From an uncultured Acidobacteriota bacterium (GTDB lineage: Bacteria > Acidobacteriota > Vicinamibacteria > Vicinamibacterales > CAVVIG01), in contig CAVYZX010000038.1 in assembly GCA_963773035.1 (NCBI GenBank), positions 320,234-384,233 of the forward strand: a DNA stretch of 64,000 nt, given 5' to 3'. The notes beneath the pieces were generated by a model that was not told the DNA's origin, made no database searches, and saw only the letters and a program-made list of their open reading frames with translations. Below are positions 39,367 to 47,391 of the stretch, in pieces (the stretch's first letter is position 1; each line of letters opens with the position of its first letter). The position numbers were made by a program, and so were the translations under genes.

Positions 39367-40020
39367 TTACCTGACCGCAATCTCGACGCGGCGATTGCGC
39401 GGCTCCAGCGTCTCGTCGGGAGTGCGAATCAACAGATCCCGTTCGCCGTGCGACATGACCTCGAGGGCGTCGGCGCTGAGCCCCGCGTTCACGAGCAGAT
39501 TTCGAATGGTGGTGGCCCGCTTGAGGCCCAGCTCGAAATTCGCCTGGGTCGTTCCCGTCGTATCCGTGTGTCCGACGACAACAACGTCGGGGACGACTCG
39601 TTCGGTGACGGCCTTCAGGATCTCCGGGACGAGAGCTCGAGACTCTTCGGTCAGCTCGTCGGACTCGAATCGGAAATGCAGAGTAAAGCGTCTAGGTGCC
39701 GGCGGCAGCGCCGCAAGCGCGTCGCCAAAGAGTCGATCGACCTCGCCCTCAGCCAGTGTGGTCACCTCGCCGGGAGGTCCGTCGCCGATCCGAGTGGAGT
39801 GGCGGCCCGCGACGAGATCCACGCCCCCGGCTGAATTCGAGACGCGGGCGCGCCCAACCACGCCGCTCTCTGCGTCGGGCAGCAACACAATGGTTTCAGT
39901 GATGACTGGGGCTGTGGGCGGCGTTGCGACGGGTTGCTTGGCTGCGCAGGCTGTGATCAGCCACGCTGCCGCGATGGTTACGAGCAGGAGTCGAATTCGC
40001 GGCAGCGGCAGCTGAGTCAT
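39367..40020 (-). CDS. OmpA-family lipoprotein
   Basis: Lipobox-like WLITAC. C-terminal OmpA peptidoglycan-binding block VVVVGHTDTTGTTQANFELGLKRATTIRNLL...NRRVEIAV. ATG 40020 overlaps the upstream stop (TGATG). Confidence 0.85.
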   Translation of the reverse strand: MTQLPLPRIRLLLVTIAAAWLITACAAKQPVATPPTAPVITETIVLLPDAESGVVGRARVSNSAGGVDLVAGRHSTRIGDGPPGEVTTLAEGEVDRLFGDALAALPPAPRRFTLHFRFESDELTEESRALVPEILKAVTERVVPDVVVVGHTDTTGTTQANFELGLKRATTIRNLLVNAGLSADALEVMSHGERDLLIRTPDETLEPRNRRVEIAVR

Positions 40021-40472
40021 CAAGGTTCGACGCGTACGGCCAGACTCGTCCCGCGAACGCCGACGATGGCGGCGGGCGTTTCGAGCCGGATCGAATCGGG
40101 CGCGAGCTTGGCAATTTGCCCGGAAACATAGGCCGCCACGCCGCGCACGATGTTGAAAACGAAACCGAGACGCCCGTCGGCAGGCGCGTAAACGAAGCGA
40201 TCGATCCGCGCTTCACTGTTTGGTCCCAGCGAAACCCGCGTATCGTCCTTCAACGTGACGCCAATCCGGCCGTCGGCTCCCGTTCGGAGCCCGTCGGTCT
40301 CGAACACCACCTGGCCGAGCTCGGCGGGAATCGTGGCACTTTGCCGAAGGATAAAGGCGGACCCGGACAAAACCTTGATCCGGCCCACCGCTGCCGTCTC
40401 CTGACCCCACACGGGTGCGGAACCGGCGAGAACGAGGACGACGACGCCAAGCGCGAATCGTGGATTAGTCAT
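40020..40472 (-). CDS. FecR-domain protein (secreted)
   Basis: 150 aa with a signal peptide. FecR-like block GRIKVLSGSAFILRQS...VFETDGLRTGADGRIGVTLKDDTRVSLGPNSEARIDRF. Confidence 0.8.
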   Translation of the reverse strand: MTNPRFALGVVVLVLAGSAPVWGQETAAVGRIKVLSGSAFILRQSATIPAELGQVVFETDGLRTGADGRIGVTLKDDTRVSLGPNSEARIDRFVYAPADGRLGFVFNIVRGVAAYVSGQIAKLAPDSIRLETPAAIVGVRGTSLAVRVEP

Positions 40473-40804
40473 GTGGCCCCCTGAATCTCACGATACCCTC
40501 GCAAGACCCACGCCCTTCACGCTTCTGCACGTCACCTTTTGGTCTGGAAACGCTGGCACCACCTATATGGATCATCGTTCCGAAGAAGAGTTGACTGCAG
40601 GGGAAAGGCGGCGCCTCTGCCTGTATCTTCAGCACGAATTGCGTAAGAAGTCAGAATCCGAGGGGACGGTCGCTCGCGCTGCACAAGCTGGCACCTAGTC
40701 TGCGATGCATTCGGGGTTTGACGTCGGTGTCGTTCGCTTCACGAGTTCGTCATGGGGTGTGCCGTATTGCGACAGCGGATTACGGATCACAAGGGCTGGC
40801 CTGT

Positions 40805-40866
40805 CTCCGCGCTTCGCGCTACGGCGAGACGTCACCGAAGCTCGCTGCGACCGAGCGAAGCCGGGA
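40805..40866. repeat. GC-rich structured intergenic repeat (copy B, inverted relative to copy A at 3342-3377)
   Basis: ctccgcgcttcgcgctacggcgagacgtcaccgaagc aligns with the reverse complement of 3342-3377 with a few mismatches. The following gcgaccgagc block is also shared with 3315-3325. Confidence 0.55.
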
Positions 40867-40911
40867 AGGCCTGCGCTGCACTTGATGTCCTTGGTCGACT
40901 TTGTCAGATCG

Positions 40912-41133
40912 TCAATTTTCCGGCCGGATATCTACGGCTCCCGCGCCCCGTGTCGACGGCGCGGGAAACCGCATCTCCAGGAGGTCTGTACAACGCCGGC
41001 CAGGTCCTCGACCTGGCCTGGACAGGTAACCAACCACTTCACCAGCGCGAACTTCGAAGCTGACGTCGCTGACGACTGCCGTCCCGAAGAATCGCTTCAC
41101 GAGGTGTCGTGCTTCCAGCGTCGGTGCCTCCAT
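40912..41133 (-). pseudogene. 5' remnant of an ABC transporter ATP-binding gene
   Basis: MEAPTLEARHLVKRFFGTAVVSDVSFEVRAGEVVGYL is a typical ABC ATPase N-terminus. Walker A is corrupted (SRPGRGPGRRCT instead of GPNGAGKT), and the ORF stops after about 74 codons with no room for the rest of the gene. Confidence 0.5.
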
Positions 41134-41164
41134 GAGCCACGGGTCGACAATTGGTGCTGACTCT

Positions 41165-43684
41165 CTACTCGATTCGCAATGCGGTGGTCGGCTCGAGACG
41201 TGTTGCGCGCTGCGCCGGGACGATGGACGCGACCAGCGCAACGATCGCGAGGACGGCGACCATCGCGATGAGCATCACGGGATCGCGCGCGTCGGTGCGC
41301 ACCACATTGTTCTGCAACAGGCGACCGACAGCGAGTGACGCCGGCAGGCCGACCGCGAGCCCGCCAACCACGACCCAGGCGCTGGTCTTCAAGAATAGCC
41401 AGCGCACATGTCTGGCCTGCGCCCCGAGCGCCATTCTGACCGCGATCTCCTGCGTCCGCCGTCTCACGGCGTACGCCAGCGCCGAATAGAGGCCCACCCC
41501 GGAAAGGACGAGCGCCAGGCCGCTGATCTTCGCGAACTGCGACTCCAGCCCGGTCCCTCTCGAGCGATCGCGCAGCTCGTCCAGCGTTCTCGCCACGCCA
41601 AGCGCGAGATCGGGATCGATCGCGTGCGCCGCCTGGCGGGCCGCCGACACGACCCGGGCAGACCCACCGGAGCCGCGCACGATCAACGTGACCGCAGCTG
41701 GCGCCTCAGCCCGAAACGGCAGATACACCACCGGCACCGCGTCCTCCTGACCCTGCCGAATGTCGGGAGACACGCCGACGATCGTCACGCGAACCGGCGG
41801 CGCGGGGCCTTCGGCCTCTCTCAGGTAAGTCCGTTGGGCGGTTGGCGGCCGGAGCTCGAGGTGATGGCCGATCGGACTCCCGGCGCCGAGGTACACGTCG
41901 GCGAATCGGTGATTCACGATCGCCGCCTCGTGCCCGAGAGTCCCGTGCAACTCGGAGAAGGACTCGCCGAGGACGAGACCGCGAACGACGGTGTGAAAGT
42001 AGGCGGGCTCCACGACCAGGGTCATGACGTCCGGGGGCGGATCGCTCGTGGGCTGTCCATCCACGGCGGTCAGCCTGCGCCTGCCAGCCGACGAGAAGGG
42101 CGCCGCGCTCGCGACGGCGCTCGCCGTAATCTCGGGAACCGCCAGCAACCGATCGCGCAGCTGCTGATGGAAGGCGACCCGCTGCTCGGGCGTCGCGTAC
42201 GTCTGCAGCGGGAGTCGAATGAACGTCGTCACCGCATCCGACGTCTGCACATTGCGGTCAAGGGCATAGGCCTTGTAAAACGCCTTGCCCGTCAGACCGG
42301 CGCCGCTCAGGAGCGCCAGCGTCAAGGCAAACTGCCCGACGAGCAGCGCGTTGGTCCAACGCCGCATCTTCGGCGTTGCGCTCATGCGTCCGCCTTCTTT
42401 CAGCCCGTCGGCGGTCCCGCGACGCGAGGCATGGAGTGCCGGCGCCAGGCCGAAGAGTCCCGTGGTGAGCATCGCAACGGCGGCAAGCATGCCCAGCAGG
42501 CGGACGTCCATCTTCAGGCGCCAATAGGGCAGCCCGACTTGCGAGGTCGAGAGTTTCAGAGCGAGCCATGAGCCTCCGACGGCCAGGATCCACGCCATGA
42601 GCGCCAACAGCAGGCTCTCGATCAACAGTTGCCGCACGATCCGCCAGCGAGTGGCGCCGATCGCCACGCGGATCGCGATCTCCCGCGATCTCGACGCCCC
42701 GCGTGCCAGCAAGAGATTCGCCAGGTTGGCGGACGCGATGAGCAGGACGAATGCGGCGGCCAGTAGCTGCAGCAGGGTCAGGGAGTCCGTCAGCAACAGC
42801 CCGCCGTTGTACGCCTCATAGAACGAGTTCACCAGAGGCCGAACGTCCTTGTTCGTCTCTGGATACGTGGCGGCGAGGTTCTCCGCGAGGGGCGAGAGCT
42901 CGGTTCGAACGCGGTCGAGATCGATGCCGTCGGGGAGGCGACCGATCATGAGCAGCCCACGGGCCTCACGACGTTGCCGCGTCGATCCCGGCATCTGTGA
43001 TAGCGGCAACCACACATCCGTCGTGTCAACGAAGCGGAAGCCGTCGGGCATGACACCGATGATCGTCGCGGGAGTGGCGCCGTTCACCGACACCTTGCGG
43101 CCCAGAACGTCGCGGCTTGCAGCGTACCGGTTTTTCCAGATGTTGCTGCCGATGATGGCCACGGCTTCGGCGCCAGGACGATCGTCAGCCGCCGAAAAAT
43201 CGCGGCCGATGACGGGCTTGACGCGGAGCACGGTGAACGTTTCGACAGACACATACAGGCCGTCGAACTGTTCGGGAACAGCACCGTCCCGCCCGAGGCT
43301 GATGGTGCTTATCGCAAAAGCGGCCGCCCTCCCGTCGAACACCCGTGAGTCCCGGCGAAAGTCCTCGAAGTCAGGGTAGGACACGCCGCCGTCTCGCCCG
43401 CGTCCATCCAGCGTCCGCACAATCGCGACGCGCTCGGGCCGCTCGAACGGCAGGTCGCGCATGAGCGTGGCGTACGTGAAGATGAACGTCGTGTTCGCCA
43501 CGCCCATCGCCAGTGCGAGGGTGAGGATGGCGCCGACGCTGAACCACCGATCCTTGGCGAGGGTTCGCCACGCAAATCGCAGATCTGCGCCTAAGTCGGC
43601 CAGGGCAGGCGGGCGACGGACGTCGCGGCATTTCTCTTTGACCTGGTCGAGGCCGCCAGACGTCAACCGGATCTGCCGGCGCAC
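41165..43684 (-). CDS. ADOP-family duplicated FtsX/MacB-like permease
   Basis: 839 aa with two MacB-periplasmic-core plus FtsX modules and the conserved LRFAWRTLAKDRWFS start of the mature permease. The in-frame upstream sequence to 43831 encodes a permease-prefix helix but has no canonical start codon. Confidence 0.9.
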   Translation of the reverse strand: MRRQIRLTSGGLDQVKEKCRDVRRPPALADLGADLRFAWRTLAKDRWFSVGAILTLALAMGVANTTFIFTYATLMRDLPFERPERVAIVRTLDGRGRDGGVSYPDFEDFRRDSRVFDGRAAAFAISTISLGRDGAVPEQFDGLYVSVETFTVLRVKPVIGRDFSAADDRPGAEAVAIIGSNIWKNRYAASRDVLGRKVSVNGATPATIIGVMPDGFRFVDTTDVWLPLSQMPGSTRQRREARGLLMIGRLPDGIDLDRVRTELSPLAENLAATYPETNKDVRPLVNSFYEAYNGGLLLTDSLTLLQLLAAAFVLLIASANLANLLLARGASRSREIAIRVAIGATRWRIVRQLLIESLLLALMAWILAVGGSWLALKLSTSQVGLPYWRLKMDVRLLGMLAAVAMLTTGLFGLAPALHASRRGTADGLKEGGRMSATPKMRRWTNALLVGQFALTLALLSGAGLTGKAFYKAYALDRNVQTSDAVTTFIRLPLQTYATPEQRVAFHQQLRDRLLAVPEITASAVASAAPFSSAGRRRLTAVDGQPTSDPPPDVMTLVVEPAYFHTVVRGLVLGESFSELHGTLGHEAAIVNHRFADVYLGAGSPIGHHLELRPPTAQRTYLREAEGPAPPVRVTIVGVSPDIRQGQEDAVPVVYLPFRAEAPAAVTLIVRGSGGSARVVSAARQAAHAIDPDLALGVARTLDELRDRSRGTGLESQFAKISGLALVLSGVGLYSALAYAVRRRTQEIAVRMALGAQARHVRWLFLKTSAWVVVGGLAVGLPASLAVGRLLQNNVVRTDARDPVMLIAMVAVLAIVALVASIVPAQRATRLEPTTALRIE

Positions 43685-44152
43685 GTCGGCTTCGGATTGT
43701 CCGGCGCGGACGCCTTCCGCGACCTCGCGCTCGATGTGGTCGCGCAGCTCCGCATCGAGCTCGGGCTCGAGCGCCCGTCGCAGCGAAACGCCTGGACGGC
43801 CGTGCTCAGCGGTTTGTTGTAGACCCCACGATTACCGCTCAGTCTCCTGCCTTATCAAAACATGTGTTCGCGAAAATGCCGGTTTGACGTTTCCATCTTC
43901 GAAGCGCATGGCTACCGGTTACCGATTTCTTATTACATCGATCGCGTTGATCCACAGTTGTGAACTTTCGTTTCTGACTCTGAGGACTTCAAGCCAGCAC
44001 AGCCGTTGGAAGCTTTCATCGCGGGGCTTGAAATACTTTCGGTTAGAAGTCCTCTATGAAATTGGAAGCCGTGTGTTCGACTGGCACTTCTTCTGCAGCG
44101 CGTCGCTGCTTCGATTTCTTCGTTCGAGTAATTTTGCGCTCGTGTAATACAG

Positions 44153-45958
44153 ATGAGTTCGATCGCGCACCTGGCGGATTTCGATTTCACAGCTGCGCTT
44201 GCCGCTCCTCAATCGGCCAATCCCTGGATGATTCTCCTCCTCGGGAGCATCTCGGGATTGCTGGTCTTCGCGTTCAGCAACGCGCTTCGTGTGTTTCTCG
44301 TCAGGCATCGCGCGCAGAAGGTTGCGCGAACGTCTTCGCGTCTCTGGCCCGCTGCCGCGATCGTCGTCGCTCTGGTCGGCGGCGTGATGGTCGCGAACCT
44401 GTTCCTGGGCCGCATCGAAGTCAACGGTCAGGGCTTGCTGTTTGGCGACGATCTGTTCGTCGCCACCAGGCGTGCGGGATTCCTGCCGAGCTATCCGAGC
44501 ACTCCGAACCACGTCAAGAAGGGCGATCCGATTCTGGTGGTTCGCCGGGATGCCGGTCCCGATGAGATCGCGGCCGCCGAAAATCGGCGGGCCCGGCTGC
44601 GCCACGAGTTCGAGTACATCAAGTCGGACGCGCTCGAAGTCGATCCGCTGGTTCTGCGCGAGTACACGCTCGCGGAAAGCTCGCTGCGGGAGCTCGATGA
44701 ACGTTCGCAGAAGCAGCTCGATGCGCGCGACACGCTGGTTCGCGAGGCACCCCAACAGCGATTGGAGAATGAGGCGCGGCGGCAGGCGCTCGAGAAAGAC
44801 TTTCAAGCGATTGAAGGCGAGCTCGACCAGGTCAAGCTGAGCCTCGAGTCGGCGACCCGTATTTATGAAGCGGGCGAACGCGCGATGGCCAAAGGACTCA
44901 TTCCGCAGGATGAGTTCGAGAAACGCCGGGAGCGCATGAACGTTCTGCGGAGCCGTCAAGAGGAGCTCGTGACCCGAGTTGGCGCGCTTCGAAAGGAACG
45001 GGCCCAGACGACCGACCTCACCTCCACGACGGAAGGCACGTATAGCAATCAGCTCGCACTGCGATCGAACGAAATTTCTGCTCTCAACAGACGGATTGGT
45101 CTCGCCAGGCAGGCCGTCAAAGAGGCGGCTCAGAAGCTGGATGAAGACAAGATCCGTGCCGCGGCCCAGCGCGAGAAGCGGTTGAAGCAGGTCCAGATTC
45201 AGATCGACGAGCTCAATACTCTACTCGACGCCTCCGAAGCGACGTTGAGCGCACGGGCGCCCTGGGACGGCGTCGTCGGCTTCCGCGAGCCGTCGCCCGC
45301 GAGCGTGAGGTCCGATGTCCGCCCGCTGCTGGTGCTGTTTCAGCCTGGGAAGGTGTCGACCCGTATGCAGCTCCCCGCCGCGCATGCGCTGGTCTATCCA
45401 GGCGAAAAGCTCGACATCCGTCTCCGCGCGCTCACACCCGAAGCCGTCAACACGACGATCAGCGGCGAGCTCGTCGAGCGGGTTCCACTCGAGGATGGAA
45501 CGGTGGAGCTGCGCATCACATGTCATCCGCCGCCCAGCGCAGTCCGCGATCTGGCGATGGGGAACACCATCCCGATCAGTGTCGTGGTGCGCCGGCCCGA
45601 TCTTCTCGCGCGGCTTGGACTGAGCTGGCCCGTGGCGTTCGGGTTCATTTGTCTGATCGCTGTGTGCATCAGCGAATTGCGGCTCCGATTCAAGCAGCGG
45701 CGGGCTGCTCGCGCATCGGTGGGTGATCGGCTCGCGCACGGATTGCCATCGCGTTCGAAACGCATCGATTGGGGAGGGGACCCCAACGAGTTCCAGGAAT
45801 TTATCGTCGGCGTGGGGCTCGTCTCGAGGAAGGTCTCAGCAGTAGGTCGGCGGATGCCTCCGCTGACCTCGTCGGCGACAACGGGGCGCCCTGTAGCTCC
45901 GGAGGGTTTCGGGGCGGCCGAAGCTCCCTTGTCGTCGTACCACGACGTCACCACCTAG
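44153..45958 (+). CDS. HlyD/membrane-fusion-like coiled-coil membrane protein (atypical, extra C-terminal TM)
   Basis: 601 aa. Two N-terminal TM helices, the KKGDPILVV hairpin motif, about 250 aa of heptad-rich Glu/Arg/Leu coiled coil, a beta-rich segment (ARAPWDGVVGF), then the TM helix LSWPVAFGFICLIAVCISEL. Confidence 0.7.
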   Translation: MSSIAHLADFDFTAALAAPQSANPWMILLLGSISGLLVFAFSNALRVFLVRHRAQKVARTSSRLWPAAAIVVALVGGVMVANLFLGRIEVNGQGLLFGDDLFVATRRAGFLPSYPSTPNHVKKGDPILVVRRDAGPDEIAAAENRRARLRHEFEYIKSDALEVDPLVLREYTLAESSLRELDERSQKQLDARDTLVREAPQQRLENEARRQALEKDFQAIEGELDQVKLSLESATRIYEAGERAMAKGLIPQDEFEKRRERMNVLRSRQEELVTRVGALRKERAQTTDLTSTTEGTYSNQLALRSNEISALNRRIGLARQAVKEAAQKLDEDKIRAAAQREKRLKQVQIQIDELNTLLDASEATLSARAPWDGVVGFREPSPASVRSDVRPLLVLFQPGKVSTRMQLPAAHALVYPGEKLDIRLRALTPEAVNTTISGELVERVPLEDGTVELRITCHPPPSAVRDLAMGNTIPISVVVRRPDLLARLGLSWPVAFGFICLIAVCISELRLRFKQRRAARASVGDRLAHGLPSRSKRIDWGGDPNEFQEFIVGVGLVSRKVSAVGRRMPPLTSSATTGRPVAPEGFGAAEAPLSSYHDVTT

Positions 45959-45987
45959 TTTTTCGTTCGAGGTTTGAGAGTTACCAG

Positions 45988-47391
45988 ATGGATCGCATCG
46001 CTGATCGCTCCGATCGTTTCGACAGGGGTGGCAGACGGCCTCGTTCTCCTGCGCTGTTTCTCGTGACCGGGACGTTCGGAGCGCTCGTGCTGGTGACCGC
46101 GCAGCTTTACTACTTCGTCAAGCTGCAATCGGTGATTGCCGGCTTATCGGGCGCCGGGTTCTGGTTGAGCGTGGCGTTTGGCACCTCGTTCCTGCTTTGC
46201 TGCTGGGTCGCCGCCGTCCGGTACGTGTTGATGATGCTCTGCGCGTACTTCGGGTGGGCAGCCTCGGTGCGGCCAGTCTCGCGTCCCATCCGTTGGCCGC
46301 GCGTGTCGGTCCTGATTCCCGCCTACAACGAAGCCGGTCGTATCGCCGCGACGCTGCGTTCGATCCTCAGCCTCGACTACCCGGATTTTCAGGTCATCGT
46401 CGTGGACGATGGTTCTGAAGACGAGACGCTCGACGCCGCTGCCGAGTTTGCACGGAGTGACGGCCGCGTGCGCGTCCTTCGCAAGCCCAATGGCGGAAAG
46501 AGCTCCGCTCTCAATCTGGGCTTCCATGAATCGTCAGGCGACCTGGTGTTCTGTGTTGACGCCGATTCGCAGCTCGAGCCGAGCTCGCTGCGAAGGATCG
46601 TGCCGCTGTTCGAGGATCCGCGCGTTGGTGCGGTGGCGGGTCAAGTGCGCGTCCGCAATCGCGGCACGCTGGTGTCGAAGCTGCAGGCGCTCGAATACGC
46701 GCTGATGAACGGCATGCCGCGGCTGGCGCAGAGCAATTTCGCCCAGGTGCTCATTGCGCCAGGTCCGATTGCCGTCTTCCGGCGCAACCTGCTCGAGGAG
46801 ATTTGGAAACGCTGGGGCTCGGCAGAGCCCCACAGCGCCAGGGCTGGGGCGGTGGCCGGTCCCTGGGAAAGCGATACCTTCGCGGAGGATTGCGACGTCA
46901 CGCTGAACGCGCTGCTTCTCAGATACCGCGTGGTGTTTCAGCCGGCTGCGATTTCCTTCACGACTTCGCCCGCCGGCCTGTTTCCTCTGTTGAACCAGCG
47001 TTACCGCTGGATCCGCGGCAACCTTCAGGCCATCAAGAAATGTTGGCGCCGCTGGCATGCCCTGCCGAGTGCTCCCGGCGCTCTGCCTCTCTGGCTCAGC
47101 CTCTTCATCGTCGAGACGGTTGTCTGGCCGGCAGTGAATATCTACGGCCTCGTCTTGTTCGTGGCGCTCGTCGCCACGGTCGGGCAGATCGGAAACCTGT
47201 GGCCCTGGTATTTGATTCTGCTCGGCATCGAGGTGAACGCCGCCGCTTTTTCGATCCGCGCCGTCGGGGAAAAGGCCGTGTTGATCGTCTTGATGCCGAT
47301 CTTCCGAAGCGTTTACGGCGTGATTCTGGATGTGAATACCCTCTGCGCCGTGTGCGCCGAGCTGATGCGTCAACGAATGCGATGGGCATGA
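45988..47391 (+). CDS. processive family-2 glycosyltransferase (PgaC/NodC/chitin-synthase-like)
   Basis: ATG 45988, with the ORF open from 45769. TM helices lie on both sides of the GT-A domain. Blocks VSVLIPAYNE, VVDDGSED, CVDADS and QRYRWIRG (QxxRW). Confidence 0.9.
   Translation: MDRIADRSDRFDRGGRRPRSPALFLVTGTFGALVLVTAQLYYFVKLQSVIAGLSGAGFWLSVAFGTSFLLCCWVAAVRYVLMMLCAYFGWAASVRPVSRPIRWPRVSVLIPAYNEAGRIAATLRSILSLDYPDFQVIVVDDGSEDETLDAAAEFARSDGRVRVLRKPNGGKSSALNLGFHESSGDLVFCVDADSQLEPSSLRRIVPLFEDPRVGAVAGQVRVRNRGTLVSKLQALEYALMNGMPRLAQSNFAQVLIAPGPIAVFRRNLLEEIWKRWGSAEPHSARAGAVAGPWESDTFAEDCDVTLNALLLRYRVVFQPAAISFTTSPAGLFPLLNQRYRWIRGNLQAIKKCWRRWHALPSAPGALPLWLSLFIVETVVWPAVNIYGLVLFVALVATVGQIGNLWPWYLILLGIEVNAAAFSIRAVGEKAVLIVLMPIFRSVYGVILDVNTLCAVCAELMRQRMRWA

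Noticed and set aside
40705-41160. 151-aa plus-strand ORF in the 690-bp gap
   Set aside because: It has no RBS, a Cys/Arg-rich non-coding-like composition, and overlaps both the repeat copy and the opposite-strand ABC ATPase remnant, which has real homology signals.
41408-42571. 387-aa plus-strand ORF
   Set aside because: It is antisense to the ADOP permease. It is Arg-rich with no TM segments or motifs.
43832-44152. c-di-GMP riboswitch upstream of the GT2 operon
   Set aside because: I could not find the conserved GEMM-I/II core strings by eye. It is kept only as an unexplained AT-rich leader.
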